This document shows positions 48,401 to 60,383 of a stretch of DNA of 64,000 nucleotides, in pieces. Both the position numbers and the translations under genes were made by a program. Numbering within the stretch: the stretch's first letter is position 1; each line of letters opens with the position of its first letter. The notes below the pieces were generated by a model, which had not been told where the DNA came from, did no database searches, and was given only the letters and a program-made list of their open reading frames with translations. Origin of the DNA: Tubulanus polymorphus (Eukaryota > Animalia > Nemertea); contig NC_134034.1 in NCBI RefSeq assembly GCF_964204645.1, forward strand, positions 12,846,962-12,910,961, read 5' to 3'.

Positions 48401-51400
48401 TAAATCCGACTCAGTTGATCCGACACGGAGAGGAGGCCGAGGAAATGGGAGGATATTTCATCGTAAACGGACTGGAAAAAATCATCCGAATGTTAGTGAT
48501 GCCTCGTAGTAACTACGTAAGTAACTACACGAGTAGATCTTGGGCAGAGATAGTAACTATGTAAGTAGATCTTGGGCAGAGATAGTAACTACGTAAGTAG
48601 ATCTTGGGCAGAGATAGTAACTACGTAAGTAGATCTTGGGCAGAGATAGTAACTACGTAAGTAGATCTTGGGCAGAGATAGTAACTACGTAAGTAGATCT
48701 TGGGCAGAGATAGTAACTATGTAAGTAGATCTTGGGCAGAGATAGTAACTATGTAAGTAGATCTTGGGCAGAGATAGTAACTACGTAAGTAGATCTTGGG
48801 CAGAGATAGTAACTACGTAAGTAGATCTTGGGCAGAGATAGTAACTATGTAAGTAGATCTTGGGCAGAGATAGTAACTATGTAAGTAGATGTTGGGCAGA
48901 GATAGTAACTACGTAAGTACATCCCCTCATCAGGTGAAATACACGTGAATCAAATGATTTAACTACAGAGGCCGGTTTAATAGGCTGACTGGTATTAACT
49001 TTAACCTGGGGGCTAACTTAATTCATTTTCAATTGAGTTAACCCCCGGGTTGAGAGATGATACCAGTCTAAAGAACCGGGCCCAACAACATAAGTTGTAG
49101 AATTACAAGTGCGTAATTCTAAGCTAATTATTAACCAGAGCCCGGTTTCATAGACTGAGCATCTAAGTTATGCCTAGGGATAAATCCTCAATTTGGGTGA
49201 CAACCGCCATAGCAACAATGAGAAACCATTGTTATATCTGACAAACTTCTTCCACATCTTTGAAACCCGGCCTATGGGTTTAAGTACAAGCTAGTAATAT
49301 CAATACATTTAAGATTTAAGTACTAAGACGAACTAAATAAGTCTCGTCGAACCCTGTAAATGGTTCAGCTAGCCCGGCGCCCTCCGTTCCTCAGCCACTG
49401 TATGATGGATGGTTTTTGATTTTGATTGTAGCCGGCTGCTGTATGTAGGAACAGTTGGACCGGACGAGGCCCTCAGTATACGAAATTCGGCGTCACTATG
49501 AGATGTGTCAGAAAAGATCTGTATTCATCCGTAAGTTGTAATCGAGTTTACTTTCAATATCACGCAGCTATCAACCTGTTGTCTGTACTTATCCCCCCTT
49601 AGACATCCGGACCTAGATAATCACCATTTTCCTCAATTATATTCATCCAGACATCACCATCCCCTATACGGCAGTAACTGCAGACATTTTTCTTTGAAAA
49701 TGAATTAAGGTTTCATCTCTGAGGGTGTCGCGATGTCTGAACCATCGATTTCAGACAGACGTTCGCAATTTGTGAAAGATGTGTTTGTCCACACTTTGTC
49801 GTTCAAAAGGTGGTCGCCGGAGGGTGTTTTTATGGTGCAGACCGCGGATTGACAGCTGAATCAGTTGGCTTCATTCAACCGTATTCCGTGGATCGGTCCT
49901 AGTTTAACTGTTAATTTGTGAGGTTTATTTTCAGGATTTAGTTCTACACTATCTGATGAATGGAACGGCCGTGTTGTGTTTCGCACAAAGTAAAGAACAA
50001 TTCTACATCCCGATTATATACGTTCTAAAGGTAAACGCTAATAGTCGGACTGTCGTCTTTAAAATCCTTAAAAAACTCGCCGGTGAATTATTGAAACGAC
50101 AATATTATTTCTCACTAGGCTCTGATAGACGTCCCCGATCAATTCATTTATTCAGAATTAATCAAAGGAAAAGAGGACGACGCGTTTTACAAAGGGTAAA
50201 TTTTCCCGCTAGATGGCGTTGTATATCGGTTAGTTCGCTGTTTACTTAATAGATGGCATTGTTTTTTTTTCATAGATGTATAGCGAACATGTTGAGACAG
50301 GCGCAAAGTGAAGGCGTTACCAAGCAACATCTCTTACAGAAATTCATCGGGGAGCGATTCCGAGTGAGACTACGACAACCGGAGTGGCATTCAGACGTAC
50401 AAATCTGTCAGTTCCTACTCAGGTTAGTTTCGACAGACCGCTCCCCCCTCAGCCCGCTCCCTTCCACCCGCTCCCTTCCACATCTCTTCATCCAGCCGTC
50501 TGATTCGTATTGTGTGTATTTCAGAGAATGTATCGCGATTCATCTGGATTCAAACGTCGACAAGTTCAACATTTTAGTGTAAGTTTTTATTAATTAACTT
50601 ATTAACTAATTGATTTTACGATTAATAGCTATGGTAGTCAGTACAACATTAATTGATCTGTCAATTAACTAATTGATTTGATAATTAATAGCTACAGTAG
50701 TCAGTGTGACATTAATTGATTTATTAATTAACTAATTGATTTGATAGTTAACAATTGTAGATTCAGTGAGACATTAATTGATTTATTAATTAACTAATTT
50801 ATTTGATAATTGTCTTTATTTTTCTAGGTATATGACTCGTAAGCTATTCTCTTTAGCGAAAGGAGAATGCGCCCCTGAAAACCCCGACAACCCGATGAAT
50901 CATGAAGTATTGTTAGGCGGCCATCTTTATCAGAAATTCATCCAGGTATCGTAAACTTAACGGTCCATTCAAATCGATCGGTGCTCGTAAATTAGAGGTC
51001 TGCTGTACGCCAGGATTTCATCATGTCTTACAGGAAAGGCTGTCTTACTGGTTGACTGCTTTGAAATATACGATTTTGAAGTTAGCTGATAAGAAAGTTG
51101 ATTTAAGCGTCGATGCAGGTATGGTAGTCAATGTATAAACTCTCTCTGTTGCTCTCCTCTTCTCTTTAACTCTCTCTCTCTCTTTCTCTTACACAGATTC
51201 GATTACGAAATGTTCAAAACTTGTTACGAATATCACGGCCTCCACGGAATTTCTGCTATCAACCGGGAATCTCGTTTCAAAATCGGGACTTGGTCTCATG
51301 CAGGTAAACGTTGTTGACCTCGCGGTCGTACGACGGTATCTAGTCTCATCCGTCCGCAAAAATGGGATATCGGCGGCACTCACCAGATGGCTCGACAAAA

Positions 51401-54400
51401 CAGTGGGTCATTCTCGTAATGGAAATCGGCTCGTTTTCAAGGAAATTTGAACTTGATTTTTAAGCTTCCAAATCTGAAAATTATCAAATGATTCATCGAA
51501 TACATTCCCTTTCTCACCTGACTCGGTGTCTGGCGTTGATCTCACTGAAAATTTATTTACTAATCGGAAAAGCTGACGAGGATTTAGTTGAAATTGAAAC
51601 ACGCTAACCCACTAGCGATCCTGGCGGAATCCTGGCTTGCCACAGTAGCCTTGCTGGTATCCCATTGAAACATGAAATAGTTTGGAGTTACTTCAGAATT
51701 TTGAATTTATATATTTGTGCTGATTTCGGTTGTGAAATGCCCCCCCCCCCCTGAATTTTAGTTTTCGATAAATTTTTTTTCAGCACTCCGGTTTAGCAGT
51801 CGTCGCCGATAAACTGAATTTCATGCGATATTTATCTCATTTCCGTTGCGTTCATCGGGGAGGATTCTTCACGACGATGAGAACGACGGCCGTTCGTAAA
51901 TTACTTCCCGAGGCGTGGGGTACGTTACACTTCGGCATCCAGTTTCAAATTTGCGAGTTAACATTTGACTCTTAGAGTTATAACATTGAAAATAAGCTAA
52001 TTTGAACTCGGAGTTAACTGTTACATCTGACGGAACCTGCTCGTTACTGCCGGTGATAATCATGTTAAAACTGTTCGTATTGTTGTAAAGTGTGTTTGTT
52101 GTTTTGTTTGTAGGATTTATGTGTCCGGTTCACACACCAGACGGAACCCCGTGTGGTCTGTTGAATCATATGAGTGCAAATTGTCAGGTAAGTTTCAACA
52201 AGTTACCGAATAAACTTGCGCCCGAGTTTCGGAGATATCTTTGCGCACAGTTCCGCAGATCCTGGTTTAGATTTGATTCTAATCTATGGTTGTTAAAATG
52301 TTAAGTTTGTTAATTTTACGCGTGTAGATTCAAACCTAACCAACTGTGGAACCAAATCCAGAGTCAACTGTGGAACTGGATCCGCAGTCAACTGTGGAAC
52401 TGAATCCAGTCAATTGTAGAACTGAATCCACTGTGGAACTGGGTTCAGAACTGTGGAACTGGGTTCAGAACTGTGGAACTGGACCCCGAACTGTGGAACT
52501 GGGTTTTGACCTGTAGAACTGGGTTCAGAACTGTGGAACTGGGTTCAGAACTGTGGAACTGGGTTCAGAACTGTGGAACTCGGTTCAGACCTGTAGAACT
52601 GGGTTCAGAACTGTGGAACTGGACCGCGAACTGTGGAGCTGGGTTTAGAATTGTGGAATTGGATTTAGAATTGTGGAACTGAGTTCAGTGGTATTTGTGT
52701 AAATAGAGTTGAATGTTTTAATGTTTTGTAGGTAGAGAATAAAGAACAGCCGTCTGCTCATCTCCCTCATCTGCTCTGCTCACTCGGAGTTTTACCGATC
52801 GATAGTCAAACAAACGTCTCTTATAAACAATGTTATCCCGTTATGTTGAACGGTAAAATGGTCGGCTGGTTGTCTAGCGACATCGCTCAACGGACGGCCG
52901 ATCAACTTCGCACGATGAAAGTAACCGGATACATGAAGGTAAAGGCAGTGCGGGGTTTGGGGTACGAGGGAGCGTGGAAGGGTGTGATCAGAGTTTGGAA
53001 ACGACTTGTGTTACTTGCAGAGTTGAGAAGTGTTGAATTATATAAACTACTTTCTCCGTTCTATCCAAGAGAGATCTGATATAAACTTTGCATCAAATTT
53101 GTGCAACGTCCAACAAACCTTCATCACTTTCCCGAACTAGATGCGGTGGTACCCCGGGAGACATTTTTCTTTGAAAATAGATTAAGGTGCCATGATGTTT
53201 GTCTGAACCATCAATTTTAGACAGATATTCACCATTTGTGAAAACTGTGTTCATCCAGAATCCTTATTATATTGTATTGTATTGTATTGTAGGTGGCGTC
53301 TTCGATGGAGATATGTTTAATACCGATGTCCGAACACCGCTCTCAGTATCCGGGGTTATATCTGTTCACGACTCTCGCTCGCATGATTCGTCCAGTTATG
53401 AATCTCGCTCACAAAAAAATCGAAATGATCGGATCTTTCGAACAAGTTTATCTCGATATTTGTGTCGTTGCGTCTGAAGGACATCGAGGGGTACGTAATC
53501 GACCGGGCGAGCGCCGGTTTTAAAATCAACCCCGGAAACATTTCTCATTATAGTTATGAGTTACGGGCAACCTTCATGTGGCAAGCGAGGATCCGCTAGG
53601 TGTCACTAGTGGCACTCGGTTACCGCGCTTCAATTACTTATATATTTCAATTAGATTGAAATTTCTCATCATTAACCCTTTCAGTGCGTCTACACCGCAG
53701 TGCGGTGTATAAATGGGTGATGGATTTTGCTAGTACACCGCACTGCAGTGTATTGATGTAATTAGTAATTATCTCTATTAAAAAATGGCAGCACCTGTGA
53801 AACATAGTGAAATACTAGTAACTAATGATACACCGCACCGCAGTGTAGACGCACTATAGTGGTATTCCCGTTATTAAACACACTAGGGAATTTTTAAGAA
53901 TTTTTAGATTATCTTCAGCACTATAGGGTACTATTAAGTCAGCACTGAAAGGGTTAAATCTATACCTTTTTTACACTGAGTGGGAAAGTGAATTTCTTTT
54001 CCAATCAATGACTTATTTGATTTGGAAGCCTAACAATCAAGACTTGTATGATTATTCAATGACGTACGGTGTCTATCTATAAAACTCAGATCCTCGTTTT
54101 ATTTTCAGAAAACGACCCATCAAGAGATCGACGAATGCACGATGTTGAGTTGTATCGCTAGTTTAACTCCGTATTCAGACTTCAATCAAAGTCCTCGAAA
54201 CATGTATCAATGCCAGGTGAGTTATAATGGGTCCGGGTGCCTGAAACGATTAACCGAGCAGAATGATGATTAAAAGGCGAATCAGAACTAGTGGCTCCGT
54301 CTTTATTAGGTAAACTGAAGCGTTATAACGCGCCTGTTTTTGCTGTGAGAGACGTTGAGCTATTTCAAATGTTGACTGAACTTTCTCTGACTGCTGCTGC

Positions 54401-56445
54401 TTCCTACTGATTCTAGGACAATTGCCCCTTGAATAAAATCCTTTTTAATCTGGATTAACACCACTTATGAATCATTTTAATCTTAAAGTAAGCCACAAAG
54501 ATAAAACAAAGCTAACCAACTTTAGCTAATAAGTGCAGCTAATTATTGTAGGACTGATTTAAAGTGTTCGGGGGTAATAATGTCCTGATAAGGCTACTGC
54601 AGCTGCTGCTGCCGCTGCTGCTGCCGCTGCTGCTGCCGCTGCTGCTGCCGCTGCTGCTGCCGCTGCTGCTGCTGGTGCTGCTGCTGCTGCTGGTGCCTCT
54701 GTAGTTGCTATTACTGCTGCTGCTGCTGCTAGTGCCTCTGTAGTTGCTATTACTGCTGCTGCTGCCTCTGTAGTTGCTATTACTGCTGCTGCTGCTGCTG
54801 GTGCCTCTGTAGTTGCTATTACTGCTGCTGCTGCTGCTGGTGCCTCTGTAGTTGCTATTACTGCTGCTGCTGCTGCTGCTGGTGCCTCTGTAGTTGCTAT
54901 TACTGCTGCTGCTGGTGCCTCTGTCGCAGCTACTGCTGCTGGTGTTGGTTGCAGATGTCGAATAGCTAACAATTGACTGGTAATGTGTTTATAGATGGGT
55001 AAGCAGACGATGGGAACGCCGTGTCACGCTCTTCAAGCTCGCAGTGATAATAAACTCTATCGGATACAGACGCCTCAGGCTCCCGTCGTTCGACCGACGA
55101 AATACAACGAATACAACATCGATGAATATCCACTCGGCACTAACGCAGTCGTAGCTGTTATCTCTTATACTGTAAGTATCACATCTACATCCATCATCAC
55201 CTTCATACAATTACAATATGTGTTTATTGCAGAATTATGATATGCGGTATTTGTTGCACCACTTGCAGGGTTTTGACACATGATATCACTGATATGTGTT
55301 GTATATTTTGCTGGTCATGATGTGATATTTGTTGTATCACTTGCAGGGCAATGATATGTGATAAGTATTGTATATTTTGCAGGGTTATGATAAGTGATGT
55401 GATATGTGGTGTATATTTTGCAGGGTTATGATATGCGATAAGTGATATATGGTGTATATTTTGCAGGGTTATGATATGAGATAAGTGATATGTGGTGTAT
55501 ATTTTGCAGGGTTATGATAAGTGATATGTGTTGTATATTTTGCAGGGTTATGATATGTGATAAGTGATATGTGTTGTATATTTTGCAGGGTTATGATATG
55601 CGATAAGTGATATGTGTTGTATATTTTGCAGGGTTATGATATGTGATAAGTGATATGTGGTGTATATTTTGCAGGGTTATGATAAGTGATATGTGTTGTA
55701 TATTTTGCAGGGTTATGATAAGTGATATGTGTTGTATATTTTGCAGGGTTATGATATGGAGGATGCGATGATATTGAGTAAGAGTTCGTACGAACGCGGT
55801 TTTTGTCACGGTTCGATTTATAAAACGGAGTTTATCGATTTGAAAGCGCTCGCCGGAGAACGCTACAGCGGAATTATTTATTTATTTGGTAAGTTCCATT
55901 CGCTAGCAGCAGCAGCAGCAGCAGCAGCAATTAATTTCATTTTGTCATTTTAAACCATCAGTCTTTCACTTGTCTCTCATGAATCCATGGTTCAAGGGGT
56001 TCGAATCCTAGTCAATAGTAGTGGATCCTCTCTGGCCTCTACCCTTAATGAATATGAAAAAGAAACCAAGATTCTGCTATATGAGTTGTTGGAAATGCCG
56101 CTCGGCAGGTCGGGGGATGCCAAAATGGCAATAATTACATCTTGTGGCTTTGCTATATTCAACCCGTACTATCTTGCCTATTGTTAACCATTGCCACCGA
56201 TATTTCAGTCAGCTGTATTAAGACCTGTGAAAGTGTGTTAACACAGCACAGCACACCACTACGCGGTATATAGGCATTTATCGATTAGCAGAAGACCGTC
56301 TGCTTTTCATTGTAGTTCCTTTTCATCTGTATAGGCGTCACCACGTACTTGCATCATCAAAATTAATTTAAGCTTATCTGGTACGGGGAGTGCACAATTG
56401 TTTTGGAGCGGTTAAGGGATGCTAATTATGACTGTATATATGAAG

Positions 56446-56489
<44 letters not shown>

Positions 56490-59400
56490 AATATATATAT
56501 TTCAGGTAAAGAAGCCGGCGATGAACGAGTCAGTAATCTAGATAGCGACGGACTGCCACCTATTGGCTCTACTATAAAATACGACGAACCTCTGTGCAGT
56601 TATATAAACATTCAAACGGGCGCCGCGAAAATTAAGAAATATCGAGGTTTAGAAGACGCAATCGTCGATAATATAAAATTTTGCGGCAGCGACCTCGGTA
56701 ACGAGAATTTACAGAAGGTAGCGATAACGTTACGCGTGCAACGTAATCCGATTATCGGCGATAAATTCGCTAGTCGTCACGGTCAGAAGGGTATCTGTAG
56801 GTACGTCTCGGAATATCGGCTCATTCGCTCAGCCACTATCCTTAACTTTTCCTTATTTCATTATTATTATTATTATTATCATTCAGGCTAAGTTCTTTTT
56901 TTTTCATTTCTTTTTGTTTGGTTTTTTTGTCCATCCTTACTATCTCTAGTATTGTGATTATTCATTTAATTTTGTCTTCTCTTTTTAACCCTTTCAGTGC
57001 GTCTACACCGCAGTGCAGTGTACGAATCATTGATAGATTTTGCTAGTACACCGCACTGCGGTGTATTGCTTTAATTAGTAATTACTAATTATCTCTCCTG
57101 AAAGATGGCAGCACCTGTCAAACATAGTGAAATATTAGTAACTAATGATATACCGCGCCATGGTGTAGACACACTATAGTGGTATTCCCGTTATTCAACA
57201 CACTAGGGTGGAATTTTTCAGAATTTTCAAATTATCTTCAGCACTATAGGGTATTAATTAGTCAGCACTGAAAGGGTTAAGGTGCCATCAATTAAAAAAG
57301 GTTTGGCTTTCTTTTGGCATCCGTGCTGTTGTATTGGAATCATTTATCAATCAATCGGGTTGAAATCAGTTGTGTTTGTTTTGTTTTGCAGTCAGAAATG
57401 GCCGGTCGAGAATTTACCGTTCTCGGAGAGTGGAATGACGCCGGATATCATATTCAACCCTCACGGTTTTCCGTCCAGAATGACAATAGGTACGTCACCG
57501 GGCAGGGCCGGATCCAGAACATATAAAGAGGGTAGCACCCGATGGAAAGAGCAGTCATTATTGAAAAGAAGCGCTATCCACGAGTAGCGAAAAGGGGTCT
57601 AGTTGGCCTCTCCCAGAGAAGTTTTTGAAAAATAAGCCCCTGCAGAAGACATTTCCAAGTATTTGAGTTCGTTTCAATTGCCATTGGTTACTTCATGTTT
57701 TCAATGAGGACAACAATTCAAACTTAACTGTTTTAGGCTTAAACTTTTTCCTGAAACGTGGCCCAGGATGGAAAGAAAATTTTTCGGGGAAAGCGTGGCA
57801 TCCTGTGCGGGGGGGGGGGGCTGTCTGGTATGATAGCGTTAACCTATCCGTCTCTCTGTCTGATTTATTTCAGGAATGATGATCGAATCTATGGCTGGTA
57901 AATCTGCTGCTATGCACGGTTTATGTCACGATGCGACGCCGTTCACGTTCTCTGAGGATCAACCGGCTATTGATTATTTTGGTCGTATGCTTACTGCAGG
58001 TTAGTACTGTTGAATGAAGCTACCTGAAATTCTAGAATTCTCTCCCGGTTAGCCAGTTGCTTGACCTTAAATAAGTTCATTTACTGGAGATGATTTTGTA
58101 ATTTTAGAAAATTCCACCAGTGTTGAATAACAGGCATACAGCTATGCATAATACGCAGTGCGGTGTATTGTTAGTTAACATTTAACAGTTGCACAGGTGC
58201 TGCCATCTTACAATAGAGATACAAACTAATATTTAATAACATCAATACACTGCGGTGCGGTGTACTAGTAAAATCTATCACCGATTAATACACCGCACTG
58301 GGATGTAGACGTAGTGAAAGGGTTAACCGTCTATAACCTGCATTTTAAACCCTGTCTACGTTTTTCGTTGTTTCTCGTAGCTGGTTATAACTATTACGGA
58401 ACCGAGCGTCTCTACAGCGGAGTCGACGGACGAGAATTCGAAGCCGATATTTTCATCGGCGTCGTTTACTATCAACGCCTTCGTCACATGGTCTCCGATA
58501 AATTCCAGGTTAGTAGTTTCTCCCGATCGCTCGCTAGATGGCGTATCGGTCTGCCGTTTCTCGATCGCATTCACAACAGGGTCCGATCTAAGGAATGAAA
58601 GCCACTTGCCCTCGGGGGAAAGCATATCTGATATTTTGCTTGCCCCTCTTAAGGATCTACAAGTAACAAGTAACTTGTTCCTTATTCAGATTTTCTCGTT
58701 TTTGCCGGTTCAACTTCGTCACCGGTTCACTGGGGTTAAAGATCTACTTGCCCTGTACACGGGTAGTCCAACTGATGGCACAATCATCGGTTATATCGAT
58801 TGGAAAAAAAGCTTTGAGACATAAAACACACTAGCCTGGTGCAGGGTCCGATCTAAGGAATGAAAGCCACTTGCCGGGGGGGGGGGGCAAGCATATCTGA
58901 AATTTTGCTTGCCCCCTCCCCCTGCTTGCCCTACACAGGCAGTTTGATTAGTGGCACTATCATCCGTTGTATCGATTTGGAAAAAGCCGTGTGAAATTAA
59001 ATTGCACTAGCCCGGGGGACAAGTGATAATGATAACCTACTTGCCCTGATGAGAATATACTTGTCCTGGGCAATCGGATAAGTGCTTAGATCGGACTCTG
59101 CTGGTGGGCAAGTGATTATCTACTTGCCCTAATGAAAATATACTTGTCCCGGGCAATCGGACAAGTGCTTTGTTCACACACTGGTTCACTAGATGGCGTA
59201 TCAGTGCGCTGTTACGACGCGTGTTGCGTTTAACGTTTTACAGGTACGAACGACGGGACCGATTGACTCGATCACTCATCAGCCAGTGAAGGGCCGTAAA
59301 CGAGCCGGCGGTATCCGATTCGGGGAGATGGAACGCGACGGATTGATTTCTCACGGAACGTCGTATTTACTGCAAGATCGTCTGTTTAACTGCTCCGATA

Positions 59401-60250
59401 AGAGTATCGTAAGTGGACATTATCTTTTCCGATCGTATCTTGCGCAGGCTCAGGTGTTGTGTGAAATATCGATCGAGGGGTAATAATCAGGGGGCACGTA
59501 TTTAGGGGGTTTCACTGCTCATTGACAAACTTCCGCCCGAAAGATGCCAGCATTTAGAAAATTTGAGCATCGACCTCAAAAGATTCACTCATTGGTAAAA
59601 ATGTGCACAAGCTTCCAAATTTACTTGATTTTGAGGCCAAATATTAGGAAAAGGAAGCAAAATTTTCACCCCAAATAAGCTGGAAGTTGTGAAGTTGCTT
59701 CTCTCTTTGCATCTAATTTTCAAAGAATTATTTCAAAGGTGTTTTTAAGTATGCAAATTTTGCATAAAACCTCTTCAAAAATGAAGAAATCGCGTTAGGT
59801 ATATGTCCGTAATGATAAATTCTGGTTTTGGTATGGAAAAAATGTGAGAAATCGTTTGTTTTTGTGTGAAGAATTGTGGAAGATTCAATGCGAAAAAAAT
59901 GTGTGATTTCAAACCATGCATCCTGGTTTTAGATTAAGATGAAACCATCTATTATCCGTGCACCAGTTATCTCCCACTGAGTTTCACAGAAATTTTCATT
60001 TTCTATTTTCTAGGCTCAGTTGTGTACGCGGTGCGGTAGTCTGTTGTCCCCGACGATGGATAAACTGCCCGCATTGTTAGCGGTGGTATCCCGTGACGCC
60101 GAACGCGTTTGGATGTGTTCCGTGTGTCGAGTTCGAGATACGATTAAACCGGTCGAGATTCCGTACGTATTTCGATATCTCGTCGCCGAACTCGCTTCGA
60201 TGAATATCAAAGTATCGCTCGACACCACGGAGAAATCTAAAATCAGATAA
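45436..60250 (+). CDS. POLR1B: DNA-directed RNA polymerase I subunit RPA2
   Basis: Motifs [137 protein letters not shown] and a C-terminal CxxC..CxxC zinc ribbon. Exons approx. 45436-45510, 46220-46297, 46392-46472, 47346-47420, 47863-47982, 48375-48516, 49432-49530, 49935-50030, 50119-50195, 50276-50422, 50525-50578, 50828-50945, 51034-51118, 51198-51303, 51784-51919, 52113-52187, 52732-52938, 53293-53491, 54109-54216, 54995-55171, 55747-55888, 56506-56800, 57392-57489, 57874-57999, 58381-58508, 59244-59408, 60014-60250. Confidence 0.97.
45948..46085. mobile_element. Harbinger/PIF-like MITE family B (other copies approx. 7945-8082, 8191-8343, 15198-15442, 21716-21853, 35000-35105, 43490-43630)
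   Basis: TIR GGGCCRGTTGCA; internal AGACTGGTCTTAAG subrepeats; CAG TSD. Confidence 0.82.
46496..47280. repeat. 43-bp minisatellite filling a POLR1B intron
   Basis: CAGGTGAACTCAGTTCTGTGAACTCCGTGAACTCTTCCTAACCG repeated about 17 times. Confidence 0.97.
48508..48919 (+). repeat. 32-bp minisatellite containing copies of the exon end and 5' splice site
   Basis: AGTAACTAYGTAAGTAGATCTTGGGCAGAGAT x12. Confidence 0.97.
52340..52690. repeat. 20-bp ACTGTGGAACTG-core minisatellite
   Basis: ACTGTGGAACTGGGTTCAGA repeated. Confidence 0.93.
53676..53953. mobile_element. piggyBac-like MITE
   Basis: TTAA on both sides; TIR CCCTTTCAGTGC. Confidence 0.85.
54595..54945. repeat. (GCT)n-based composite repeat
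   Basis: GCT runs plus a GGTGCCTCTGTAGTTGCTATTACT unit. Confidence 0.93.
55225..55760 (+). repeat. 36/43-bp minisatellite containing copies of the 3' splice site and exon start
   Basis: GTATATTTTGCAG|GGTTATGATA x10 including the functional copy, plus degenerate copies. Confidence 0.97.
55985..56265 (+). mobile_element. Probable SINE fragment
   Basis: B box GGTTCGAATCC near 55998 and an (ACAGC)n-like tail. Confidence 0.35.
56989..57276. mobile_element. piggyBac-like MITE (same family; partial copies approx. 14758-14860 and 58090-58323)
   Basis: TTAA TSD; TIR CCCTTTCAGTGC; similar to 53676-53953 throughout. Confidence 0.85.
58577..59183. mobile_element. CAGG-ended (hAT-like) MITE with a same-family copy nested inside (58842-59100)
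   Basis: Same family as 40017-40518. The inner copy is in the same orientation and flanked by CTGGTG/CTGGTG. Confidence 0.72.
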
Positions 60251-60365
60251 TCTCAGTCGGCCGCCGTTTGATACAGGGGGCGCTGCGACTGACCCTCGGA
60301 AGCTGATGTCTTCGGGGGTTTAGTAAGTTTTGTGTATATATTTTGTATAAATTCTATTCAATGAA

Positions 60366-60383
60366 AATAAAATATGAAATAAA
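60366..60383 (+). terminator. Polyadenylation signals of POLR1B
   Basis: Two AATAAA (60366, 60378) about 120 nt after the stop, followed by GT-rich sequence. Confidence 0.65.

Noticed and set aside
54559-54972. Poly-Ala antifreeze-like ORF antisense to POLR1B
   Set aside because: (GCT)n repeat with no ATG start or splice support.
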